Source of the DNA: Camelus dromedarius
Taxonomy: Eukaryota
Length of the DNA stretch: 64,000 nucleotides
NCBI RefSeq assembly: GCF_036321535.1
Contig: NC_087447.1
Coordinates: 36,024,001-36,088,000 of the forward strand
Reading direction: 5' to 3'
The position numbers were made by a program, and so were the translations under genes. The notes beneath the pieces were generated by a model that did no database searches, was not told the origin of the DNA, and worked only from the letters and a program-made list of their open reading frames with translations. This document shows positions 25,900 through 37,748 of this stretch, in pieces; the first letter of the stretch is position 1; each line of letters starts with the position of its first letter.

Positions 25900-26900
25900 T
25901 TTTTAACAGTAGCTAGATCTGGGCTGTATATTTGATTCTGAGCTTCCAGGAACAAAGCAGTAGGGAAATATGAACAATTATGAAATCCAGTGTCCCTATA
26001 AAAAAAAATGAAGTAGTTCTTAAGAAAATACAGCTTCGTGGTAGATCTGAGAGGAATGTTCCTTCATCATGAGTCACTCTATGACATAATGGTCAAAGTC
26101 CTTGACAATATCCCTACAATAAACACAACAGCCAGATTCGATTCCTAGGGCCATCTCCCGTAACTGGGGGTCAATGTATAAAACCAAAGTGCAACTCAGT
26201 ACAAGCAATTCTACAAGGGACCAGAGGCAATCCAGCTACACAGCGTATCCTGCAGCTATAAATCAGGGATAATATATAGAATGTCTACAGAAATGGATGG
26301 ATTACTTGTCCTTCAAGTAATCCTCAGTGAATATTATTTCTTACACTTGAGCTTTTGATGAATAATGTGCAGTAGAGAATTTGAAGTCATTTCTCTGGCA
26401 AGACACTAGAATGGAAATGATCTTTGCTGTAGATGAATAGGTGTTTTGATAATCAGTGGAGCTGAGACAGGACTAACATTCTTTCAAAGAAGTAAGGTTT
26501 CTAACAGTATGATAACTTGAAAGAAGGCCATCCTATAGCCATTGGGAAGTGAGCCTAAGACTTTCCTCAAAAAATAGATCTGTACCAACTTAATCACATG
26601 GACAGACAAAGTTCTTCCACACACATGTGGTCAAGATCATTTTAGCTTCTGTTAGTCAAAAGAATACCTAAATTAATCAATTAGTTAAGAAATTTACTTT
26701 CCAGATAATCGCATAGTTTATGTTCTATATAAATTTTCTGGCAAGAAATCAATTAAATGTTGGAGGACAGCTACTAAAAGCAATATTTGAATGTAAGAAG
26801 AGTTGCTCTCAAGCCATGCTTTATGACAATACCGAAAGATTCAGAGCTTGCTTAGTGGAATAACACCATATCCTCAGCATATAGGCAAATAATTCTCTCT
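25900..26900 (-). mobile_element. ancient non-LTR retrotransposon RT remnant (L4/RTE-X-like)
   Basis: The minus strand at 26861-26890 encodes ICLYAEDMVL, a degenerate YADD box, followed by decayed YC and YL motifs. Confidence 0.45.
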
Positions 26901-28227
26901 CCCTGTTTAAAAAAAAAAAAAGTCATGCACTAAGATCATCTAAAAGCGGTTTTAGTTCTTTAAGGAACACATTTTGGGGAAAAAAAAAGGGAGGGGTGGT
27001 GGATAAGCTTTCAGCTGGAATCAACTCTGTTATCTGATCTGTTGGCATAACGGAGATTGGCTAGCTTGTTACCAAACTGGTTTCCTTTCCCTCCTGGCCC
27101 ACAGTTCAACATTTCCCAGTTTCTCTTGCAGTTAGATGTAGGCAAGAGCATTCTGGCCAGTTGAATTGGATGTATTTCACCTTCAAGTTGGTGCAGGAAA
27201 CCTCAGAATGTCTTTGGATGCAACATATTGAAGAGAATGGACCTTTCCATCAGTCTAGGTTCCTCAACACCCAGTGTTTTATTGGCCTTAAGTGAGAGAG
27301 AAATAGCTTTCTATTGTGTTAAGCCATGAGATTTCAAAGTATATTGTTACAGCAGCTAGTGTACACTCAATATAGCGATGAGGTCAAGAACATGCTTCTG
27401 CCTCTCTGTACCTCAGTTTCTTTATCTATAAAATAGGGATATTAATAATACTGACCTCATAAGTTTGCTGTAAGAATTAAATATGTTAATGCATTTAAGT
27501 GCTTCAAACAGTGCCTAGCACATAGTAAACATTCAATTCAGTGTAGCTATTATTGTTATTACTACAAGTTTTTCCAGTAGTATTAAGATTCAAGGTCCCC
27601 ATAACTCAAATTTCCTCTGACTTGTTCAGATTCTAGTAACAAATAATGTCATATTCATGTTACTATCTGCATTGTGCTGATCTGTGCCCCCATCACTGCA
27701 GAAATTCATTACATTCCTGGGCACCTTGGGTTGTCCCACACATGCTCTGAAATTATTCTCCCATCTCCACTTTGTTGTATGCTAACCACTTTTGAAGTTA
27801 CTGGGAAGTAGGGAGTAGGGGGCAGAATGAGGAAGGCTTGCTGTCACAGTGTGCTAATCCTGCCCAAGGTGCTGCCTCTCATTTGTTCTAAAGCTGTAGA
27901 CCCTGAAGATGCCAAAACAGACTCCCATACATTTGTATCTGTTTTTTTCCAAATATGCTTTAATTTTTAAACTTAGTGTAATAATATACTGGATTTCAGG
28001 AAAGTTTAGAAACACACTTGAGGAATTATTCTCAGATGTCACAGAACAATTTTTAATTCATTTAATTTTCTGTTGTCAATCACGGGCTTATGGGAAAGGG
28101 TGATCAGTCTACACCATTGAAACCAGGAGTTCTTGGTCAGTTGCCTGGGCCTCTTCTTAACCCACTTCCTGTCCATACTCTGAATCACCACAGTATACCC
28201 AGTAACTGCTCTTAGGTTTGGCTGATG

Positions 28228-28750
28228 GTGATTCTTAAGCTAAGACCCACAGACCTCCATACCCAGCTGAAATAACCCCCAAGAAATCCATGGACAGAAC
28301 TCAGGAGACCTATGAACTTGGATGCGAAAAAAAACTTTACTTTTACTAACTGCTAATAGAAATTCAGCAATTCCTTTCATTACTAAGGTAGGCAACAAGT
28401 CATAGTTGCATTAGCAGTATCTGTGACTTTGTTGCCAGTAGATATACCAACAGATATTTCTGTGTCACATTATGGCTGTTAAAATATTTTGAAATATCTC
28501 TTATACTCATACTACTATGAAATTACAGAAGTTGCTAGACCTGCCATTTGTCCTCTCCTTTGTCTTATTGAATACATTAATAAAGAAGCATGCATATTAC
28601 TATAGCAAGTGCTGATTTGATATTCTGATAATTATATTTTAATGTAATTGGCTTCCAAATGTTTGTATGTAATAATATTATTCTGAAAGAGGAGTCTGTA
28701 GACTTCACCTGACTGCCAAAATGGTCCATGGTACAAAAAAGAACAACCTG
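28228..28750. mobile_element. hAT-Charlie element (MER119-like)
   Basis: ccatggacagaactcaggagacctatgaacttggatg...actgccaaaatggtccatggtacaaaaaag. Confidence 0.55.
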
Positions 28751-28894
28751 TGGGTTATTAGGTTTGACATTTTAATCCCACACCCCCTTTAACTCCATAC
28801 CCCTTGTATTTTTCCTTATTTACCCTCCTCTGTAGTCTCAAACAGGACTACAGTAGTGACAAACATTCAGACACATTGAAATGCCATCCCCTGG

Positions 28895-29125
28895 GACAGC
28901 ACGGTAGGTGATTAAGAGCTTGGGCACTGGAGTCAGCTTGTCCTGCTCCACTACTTATAAACTGTGTGACCCAGGGCAAGTTACTTAACCTCTCTGTGTC
29001 TCATGTCTGTAAAATGGGAATTATAATTTTTCCTTCCTCATAGTATTACTGTGAAGAATAAATGAGTTAATCCATTAAATCTCTTAGAGTCTAGGACATA
29101 GTAAGCTCTCAGAAATGTTAGATGC
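28895..29125 (+). mobile_element. MIR
   Basis: ctgtgtgacccagggcaagttacttaacctctctgtg. Confidence 0.88.
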
Positions 29126-29849
29126 TCTTTCAAGTGCCTGTCACAGCTGTTTCTTTATGCTATTTACCTGGAGGGGAGAAGGGGAGAGAAGAGTAGGTTA
29201 GCCATTCCTCTTGTGAGTCATAGCCTACACATATTACTTTTAAATGATGCACAAAATTGATACCCTTTTTTAAAGCACACGAAGGAAACTGGAACTTCCT
29301 TGAAAAGTTTCCAATTTAATTTTACATTTTATAAAGTAACTCCCAACTGCATCTTTTTTAATGCTTTGGTGGCAGTACAAAAGTGCTCCCTGCCCTTGGT
29401 TGACAAAGCAGGGCTTCCATTTAGATAATATTATTCCTTCATAATTCATGCTCATTTCTAAGCCCTTTAAGAGATGAATCTTGGCTACGTCATTTTAATT
29501 GACGGGGAGAAGACATCAAAAATAAATGGAAGTAAACCACTATATATAAAAATAGATAAAAGCCAAATTTCTTCTGTATAGCACAGGGAACTATATTCAA
29601 TATCTTGTAATAATCTTTAATGAAAAAGAATATGAAAATGAATATATGTATATACTTAGCATGGACTTTGTGTTGTTCATCACTAATTCCTCTGTATTTA
29701 GAGCAGTTCTGGGCATAGAGCAGGAACTTAATAATTGTTAAATGAATGAATGAATGAATTTACTTCCACTTTTTTTTTTTAATTTAAAAAATTTTAATTG
29801 AAGTATAGTCAGTTACAATGTGTCAGTTTCTGGTGTACAGCATAATGTC

Positions 29850-31270
29850 CTAAAGTCCCTGCTGTCATTGAGCTTACATTCTAGTGTGGAAGACAATGAA
29901 CTAAAAGTATCAGGAGGTGATTGATGCTTCCAGAGCATTAAAATAAAGTCACGTTATATACATAAGGATCAGATGGTTATTTCAGATCCGGTAGTCAGGG
30001 AAGTTCTCCCTAAGGAGGTGACATTTAAAAAGCAGAGATCTGAATAACAAAATTAAGCTAGCCAACAAGGGGATAGCACTCCAGGCAAAGGGAATAGCTA
30101 GTGCAACTTCATTAAAGCAGGACTGAGCTTACCTGTTCTTATCTCTTTAGGAATGAAAAGAAGGCTGCTGTTGCTGGAACACAGTTGGCAAGAGAGGTAA
30201 ACAGGGATCAGACAGAGTGAGGTTCTGCAAGTAAAGGCAAGGTTTATTTTCACTGCAATGGGAAGCTATTACAGAGTTTTACTCAGGGGTAATGTGATCT
30301 GATTTACCATTTTAATCACTCCAGAGTAGGGAGGGAGGGTTGAAAAAATAAATAAACTCCATTACTCATGGGGAGTGAATTTAGTGGGGTATGACTGGAT
30401 ATGGGAAGACTGGTTAGAGGGTGGCTCAGACCAGGATTACAGAAGAGAGATGGCAAAGAGGCTCAGCTTATGCATTAGAGTATCTTTTGGAGGTAAAGCC
30501 AGTTGGATTTACTGATTGGGATGTGAGGAAATAAGAGGAATCAAGGATAACTCCTGACATTTTGGCCTATGTAACTGGGCTGATGGTGTCAATTAAAGAA
30601 AAGGATAAATCCGGGGGGGGGGGGGTAAGAGGCTAGGGAAGTGGGGAACAGATGTGAAATAATAAATTGAGAGTTCTCATTTTGTGCTCGTCTTAATTTT
30701 GAATTGCCTATAAAACATCCAAATGGAGATATCGAGTATACAGTTACACAAGTTTAAAGTTCAGGGTTGAAGTCAGGGGCTGGGGGTATAAATTTGAGAA
30801 TTGTTGGTCTAGGAATGGTATTTAAAGCCACAGGACTTGATGAGCTCACCTAGTTAGTGTAAACAAAGGAAAAAAGAGTTGAAGACTAAGTCTTGGAACA
30901 CTCCTAACTTTGGAGTTATGATGTAGGAGAAGGAGCTGATAAGAGACTAAGAAGTAAGCAGGAAGGTAGAAGGAAAACAAGATGGACCTGGCATCGTGGA
31001 AGCTTTGAGAACAAAGTACTTCCAGGAGCGAGTGATCATTAATGTCAAAAAAGGCTGAATGGTCCAGAAAGAAGATGACAGAGAGTTGACCTGACTCTGG
31101 CAAGATATGAGTCAACAGTGACTTGATAGGAGACATTTCAGTATGTGGAGGGGATGAAAGTCCAATGGGGTAAGAAAGTAGAGTCAGCAAGTACAGACAG
31201 TTCTCTTGAGTTTTGTTATAGTAGGAAGCAGAGAAATTAGGCAGAAGCTGGAGGGAGTGTAAGGGCAAGG
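29850..31270 (-). mobile_element. L2 (3' part)
   Basis: gagcttacattctagtg...gaggaatcaaggataactcct...tggtatttaaagccacaggacttgatgag are antisense L2 motifs. Confidence 0.8.
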
Positions 31271-32872
31271 GAGAGTGGCAAGTTATGTGCCTAAGGGGAT
31301 TAAAGGAGGAGGGCTGGGTAGCAAAGTTGTGAGACAGGAAAACATCTAAACTTTGGTTTCTGCCCTCAGGGAGTTTATGATCTTATCTGGGAGAAGCTGA
31401 GGCTAGCAGTGATAAAAAAAATAATTAGGCTTTGGATTAAATAAAACAGTATCTGTAATGCTGAGCACAATGCTTAACAGTAAAGTAAGAACTCAATAGA
31501 TAGAAGGAAGTTATAATTACAAAACAATTCAAAAACACTCTAAGATAGGAAGTAATTAAGGACTAAACTGAGTAATTAAATGTTAGGATTTTAGAACATG
31601 GAGAGATTACTGTCAGCCACAGTGACCATACTCCCCAATTAAAAATCAGAACACATCATATGACAATGGGTTGAAAAAAATCTGTTAATATAATTATGTG
31701 AACAAATTTGCAAATCTCTACAGATTAAAAACAAACAAACAAAAACAACTTTCAGCCACCTACTTAAATAATTGACTTTATTGGAAATATTTAAATTCCA
31801 TGTATCTCCAAATACCCTGAGCCATTTTGAGGCCTCTGTACCTGTGCTCATGCTTTTCCCTCTGTCTGAGTGAATCCTACTCATGCTTCAGGACTACTTC
31901 CTCTGGAAAGCCTCCCTTGCCCTGTCCTCCCCTCCAGCAGGGCTAGGTGCTCCTCAGTTGGCACCTTGTGCACAATTTTACCATAACTTTTACCACAGTG
32001 TATTTACATTTTCTACTTGTGTAACTTTTGTGTTTTTTCTGTTGTTTTGGGGTTTACTAGACTGTAAACTTTCCAAAGGCAGGGTCAAGATCGTCTTTAC
32101 TGTTGTCTCCCTTGCACCTAGCCCAGCTCCTGGTAGATCTCAACCAATGTTTATTGAATTCAACTGAACCTAATTTTAGGCCTATGTTGGAAAATCTTGC
32201 TAGGCACAAGTCCTTGAAGGATTCATAACTAACTTAAATACCTCACCGTAATCTTATAACAGGTTTATAATATGAGAACTAATCAGGACCTCATCCTTCA
32301 TCACAGCCTCTGAGTTTGCACAACTCCACATACTTCGAGAGCTGTTTTACACTGCTTCCAAACTTAAAAAATTTTTTTGAATATTCAGTTTCTAATCAAA
32401 ATGTATTAGCATCCTTCGTGACAAAATTACAAAGCTCTTATATGTTTTTTCTTTTTTAAATTTGAAAGGAGTATATGCTCATGGTAACAAAGTCAGTCTG
32501 TATAAAAGGAATATATGGTAAAAAGGAAGGCTCCCTCCTATTGCTGACCCCCAGCCTCCCAGGTCCTCTTTGTAGACATGGCCACTACTATCAATTTCTT
32601 GTGTATCCTTCCAGAGGTATCCTGTACTATTACAACACACTCCAGTTTTTTAAACATAAATGCTAGCATTCTACAGATTACTTGGCAACTTGGCTTTTTC
32701 CTTTAACAGAATACATTAGAGATTATTCTATATTGGAGATTTTTCCTTATTAGTACATATTTAAACAGCTGCATAGTATTCCAACCCACATTTTATGACA
32801 TAACAAATCTACTTAACCCATTCCCTATTGATGGAAATTTAGGTTGTTTTCACTCTTTTCCTACTATATGAT

Positions 32873-33278
32873 TATTATGGATGGACTTGTGTTACCCTCA
32901 AAGTTCATATGTTGAAATCCTAACACTTAGTATCTCAGAATGTGACCTTATTTGGAGATAGGGTCATATAATCAATTTAAAATGAGGTCATTAGGGTGGG
33001 CCCTAATCCAATATGACCGGTATCCTTATAAGAAGAGGAAATTTGGACAGAGACACTTAGGAAGGAAGATGATATAAAGACATTGGGAGAAAACCGCCAA
33101 CTACAAGCTGAAGAGAGAGGCCTAGGACAGATAGTTCCCTCACCTCTATCAGAAGAACCAACCCTGCAAACACCCTGATCTCAGACTTCTAGTCTCCAGT
33201 ACTGTTGGACAATTAATTTATTGTTTAAACCACTCAGTTTGTAGTACTTTGTTATAGCAGCCCTAGCAAACTAATACA
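32873..33278 (+). mobile_element. MLT1B-like MaLR solo LTR inside an old L1 fragment
   Basis: Full-length LTR ending gcagccctagcaaactaataca, with 5-bp TSD ATGAT (32868-32872 and 33279-33283). Confidence 0.9.
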
Positions 33279-33543
33279 ATGATGCTTCAATAAATATCTG
33301 TCATCTTTCAACCAATGGCATTTTACCTCCTTGTTAGTTTCTTCAACTGAATCAGTGATATTCCCTAAGTCCTCATCTTGTCATGGAATGGCCAACAGCA
33401 GATCCCTGAACACATGAAGTTCTTGCACACCTCTGTATCTTTGCGCATATCCTTTTCTTTGCCTAGAATGCCCTTCTTCCTGAGATGCTCTTGAAAAACT
33501 CTGATAGAACCACTTCAAGTGCTGCTTCCTCTGTGAAGCCTTC

Positions 33544-34098
33544 TGTGGTAGTCAGCCTCTGGGATGGCCTCCAATGACCCCCCACTTCCTAGTATTCAGG
33601 CCTTTGTGTATTCTTCATCTTTGTGTATCCCCTCCCCTTTACCACGGTACTTACTGATTCCTAATGAATAGAGTATGGCAGAAGTGATGGGACATCTCTT
33701 CTGAGATTAGGTTACAAAAAGACTGTGGCTTCTGTCCATGAGTGCTTGCTCTCACATACTCTTGATCTCTCTTGCTTTTTCTTGGTCACTCATACTGGGG
33801 GAAGCTAGCTATCCTGTTGTGAGGCAGCCCTGTGGAGAGGCCTGTGTTTCAAGAGATCAAGACCTTCTAACAACCACATGAGTGAAAACGGAAGTGGATC
33901 TTTCCTCATTTAAACCTTTAGTTGAGACTGGCAGCAGACAGCTTGACTGCAACCTCATGAGAAAAGTCTTGAAGCAAAATTACCCACCTAAGCCAGGCCT
34001 GGACTCCTGACTAAAGAAACTGTGAAATAACAAATTTTTGTTGCTGTAACTGCTAAGTTTTGGGGTAATTTGATATGCAGCAATAGATAACTAATATA
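33544..34098 (+). mobile_element. MLT1E/F/G-like MaLR solo LTR inside an L2
   Basis: tgtggtagtcagcctctgggatggcc...gcagcaatagataactaatata, with near-TSD ccttc/tcttc. Confidence 0.85.
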
Positions 34099-34099
34099 T

Positions 34100-34925
34100 C
34101 TTCCCTCTTCCCCTCTTCTCTTCCTTGAGCTTCCAAAGTTACTTAGACGTATCTGTAGTAATACTCTTAGCATACTACATCATACTTGTTTCTAAGTCCC
34201 TTTCCCCTACTTGACTATCTCCAAGGACAGGAACCCAGGCCCAGTTAGCTTTATATTTACTGTGTCTTATACAAAGTTCAAGCTACCATCATTACTTCCC
34301 TACATTGTTGCAATAACCTCCAAACTGGGCTGCCCAAATCCCCTCTAGCTTCCTTCTACTCCATTCTCTACCCAGCCCTAAGAAACTTTTAAAACTGCAA
34401 CTTGAGTCATTTGAGAGCTTAAAATCCTTTTCCTCATCAGTAGAATAAAGACCTAAATTTTTAATACAGCCCTCCAGGCCTGGCATTATCTGCCTGCCTC
34501 ATCACCACATCCAAAGCTACTTCCCCTTTGTTCCCAGCACAACAGCAACACTGGCCTTTCAGTTCCTCAGTTGAACCATTCTCCTTCCTCCCTCACTGTC
34601 TTTGCTCACACTGTTCCCTCTGGCTGAGATGCTTTTCCCCTCCTCCTCCCTTAATTTCTTTCCCTTTTTTTTTTCTTCAATTTCCACTTATCATATAGAT
34701 TTCAGCTCATTGTCACTTCCTGAAGGAAGGCCTTTCTGCCTTCCATTCTAAATCAAAGAATCCTGTAGTTCTCCTTCACACCACTTATCACAATTGAGAC
34801 TGAGTGATTGTTTAATTAGGTGTTTTATATTTGTCTCCCCTGTTGGCTTCTAAGCTCTGTGAGGGCAGGGACATCTCATCTTGTTCACTGTTGTATCCCT
34901 AGCACAGACGATAGTACCTGCCATA
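34100..34925 (+). mobile_element. L2 3' fragments
   Basis: taagctctgtgagggcagggac...ttgttcactgttgtatccctagcac is the L2 terminus. Confidence 0.75.
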
Positions 34926-35264
34926 ATGGAAAAAATACTTTTATTACTTGATACTTTTTTCCCCCTTTTTTTGCTAAATGAAACAGAGGATAAACATTTC
35001 CTATTCCTTCTACAAAGTTCACATCATTTCTTCATTTATGCATTTAATGTTCTGAGTGTGATTCCTCTATGACAGTGTTATCTATCTTAGGTAATGATCT
35101 CTGAGAGGTAGAGACCAGCTTTTAAGTTGTCTGGTATAGGACCTTGTAGAGTTCTACTGGGGTGGGGATATAGCTTTGGGAAAGGACAGAGAGGAATAGG
35201 TTCACTTATTAATGGCCTTTCATAGCAACTTTATTGCTGTTAAAATCTTCCTGGCCTGTTCAGG

Positions 35265-35440
35265 GCAGTGTGAAATTAAAAGAGCATGAGCCATGTAGTC
35301 AGACCCAGCTTTGGATTCCAACTGTACTATTTAGTAGCTGTGTGACTCTGGGCAAATTACTTAAGTTCTCTGTTCCTCAAATTCCTCAGCTATAAAATGA
35401 AGATATCATAATGGCACCATTTTATAAGGTTGTTGGAGGC
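35265..35440 (+). mobile_element. MIR
   Basis: tagctgtgtgactctgggcaaattacttaag. Confidence 0.85.
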
Positions 35441-37563
35441 ATTCTTGTAGATCCCTCCCCATGACTTGTAAAACACTAAGAGCAGGGCTTCCCAAATGCT
35501 CAACAAATGTCAGCCACTATTTTTACCTGTGGTAAAATAAAGTTACCCATTTCTCATTTGGTACTGGAAGAAGTTTGGGAATATTTGTGGTACTGTGAAG
35601 TTCTCTGTGGGAGGTTAGGATTGGAACACTTAAAAATATAATGCCTCCTCCTCAATTATTTTCTCTACCTTTAAAACAATATTGAAGCCAGTGGGAGAAG
35701 GTAAAGAGGAGAAATGGCTACCAGCTGTGTTCTGTTTGATTCCAAATAACAGCAGCACCATTTTGCACTTTCTCCTAGAAGTTGGTGTTTCTATTGTTCG
35801 CACACGCATCTTCATATACCCACTGCCAGACAGATGACACATGCTAAGCGAAGGCTACTAGTTCAGATTCTTGACACCTGTCAATTTGTGAATGCTGGGT
35901 TTTGTTTGTTTGTTTGTTTGTTTGTTTGTTTTTGGGGGAATCCGGAGAACCATCAAGCTCCCTTTCTTCCTCTTCTTATTGGGACCTTTCTGGTGGATCA
36001 GAGCCTACAGAATATTGGCCATTCAAGAGCTGTAATAAAATAGTGAAGTCCAAACTGCAACAAGGAACTCACTCATGCAAGGGCCCTCTGCTGCTGGGAC
36101 CCAGAGGACATATTTCTCCTAAGAAAAATGTAAGAAAGATACAAAAAAGTCAAACAGATAATTTTCCCTGAAGACACAGTGTTCTCTCAAGTCCCCTTCC
36201 TTCTTTTCTGAAGGCACACTCAGTTCTGCACCAGAAGCTAGGAAACCAGTCTAAGACAATGGTGTCTCCCCTCCCCTTTTAATCTTATGAAAGAGCTGCC
36301 AATTCTAGAAATTCCTCCTTTGATCAGAAGATAAAGCAGAACAATGGTGTAGCACTAAGCAGATTCCTAAGGGACATTCTTCTAGGGTGTGTAAAGCCTC
36401 ACTGGAAGTGTGTACATGGTGGGGGTGGGGAGGTTGGTGGGAAAGCTAGGAGTAGGAAGGGTGGGTGGACAAGAGTTGGTAGCCACAGCCGCAAGGAATA
36501 TACGGTTGCTTCTAGACTTCGTAGAGTAGCAACTCCACGCAGTCTCATTTCCTGAAAGGTGTAGGTACATTTATTGCAGTGTTTAGAGGGCTTCATCCAC
36601 TTCACATCCTCCCTCCCCCCCCCAAAAAAAGAAAAAGAAAAATTAGGCTCCCCTCCCCCGACTATTTGTTGGAGATAAGCTTCTGCTTGTCTTACAGCTT
36701 TCTCACAATTTTTTTTTTAAACTAAGAACTCTTGTCCAAACTAGTCTATCTCATTAGATTGCGAGCCTCTGGAAGGAGCTGTTCTCTTACTGTTTAAGGG
36801 ACTATCTGTAGTAAAATGTTGTGGATTGGAGGGATTGTATCGTGCCCACAGCTTCACCATCTGTAAAAAGACATAATTCTCCTACCTGTTTAATACGGTC
36901 ATGTAATTTTTAAATTTAACATTTGAGGGCTAAACGCTTTACAAGCATAATCTAATTCAATTCTCACGAGGAAGCTATTACAGAGATTGTATGTGAAGAT
37001 ATTTTGTAATGTAGAATAGAGCCATCTGGCTGAGTTATTACTCAGCTATCTTCCTCACCTGGCTGTTACGAGAATTAAATGAGACACTGATGTGAAAGCA
37101 CTTTACACAATCCACGTGATGGGCGGGCGGCTAATCACGCATCCCGCAGCACCTGATCCACTGCGAGGACTCAGTAAACGCGGGTAGGAGTGACCGATTT
37201 TATACCTTGCCTGTTCCTTTCAGTCTTCCAATCACAAACTTATCTCCGCCCGGCCTGGGGCGAAAACCACGAATCTGGGAGCTGCAGCCCGGATGGAGGC
37301 GAGTGCAGAGTCCCAGGAGAGGGCACGGGAACAATAGAGCAGTTCGGTGGTTGGTGGGACTTCGGACGCCAGGCGGGAGAGGTGGCCGGCTGGGGTCCCC
37401 GGAGGCCCCCTCCCCAGGTCTGGGGCAGCACGGAGAGAAGTCCAGAGCCAGCTAAGAATTCTTCTGGGAAAGCCGGACTCGGTCCCCGCCTACCCCAGCT
37501 AGAGCCTGAAGAGACGCGCCCAAGCCCCGCCCCCTACCTCAGGTAGGCCGTCTTCGCCAGCCA

Positions 37564-37573
37564 ATTCGCGAGA
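37564..37573. promoter_or_regulatory. CGCG element (BANP/'ZBTB33' motif)-like
   Basis: ATTCGCGAGA, an 8/10 match to the TCTCGCGAGA palindrome, next to CCAAT. Confidence 0.55.
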
Positions 37574-37603
37574 AGCCTGGGCGGGGAAGGCGGTGCTTCC
37601 CGG

Positions 37604-37617
37604 CCGGAAGTGACGTC
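37604..37617 (+). promoter_or_regulatory. ETS-CRE composite element (GABPA/CREB type)
   Basis: CCGGAAGTGACGTC, an overlapping ETS site and CRE-like site typical of housekeeping promoters. Confidence 0.8.
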
Positions 37618-37619
37618 TA

Positions 37620-37748
37620 TGCTTGGCTGGCCGCAGAGTCTGCCGAATCTCTCGGCGGCGGCTGAGGCGGCTGCGGGGAAAATGGCTCGGACTGTGGCAG
37701 CTGTTGTGACTTGGGTTGTGGTGGCGGCAGAGGCTCAGGCAGCGTGAG
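37620..37748 (+). other. PIK3C2A: PIK3C2A non-coding exon 1 (TSS approximate)
   Basis: GC-rich leader just downstream of the ETS/CRE core promoter, ending at donor GAG|GTGAGG (GT 37749-37750). It lies in the only CpG island in the window upstream of exon 2. Confidence 0.75.
37682..37747 (+). CDS. upstream ORF in exon 1, 21 aa (MARTVAAVVTWVVVAAEAQAA)
   Basis: aaaATGG strong Kozak context and TGA at 37745-37747. An in-frame ATG at 37619 would extend it to 42 aa. Translation is not demonstrated. Confidence 0.5.
   Translation: MARTVAAVVTWVVVAAEAQAA

Noticed and set aside
30846..31268. 140-aa ORF
   Set aside because: It lies within a decayed L2, with no splice or codon support.
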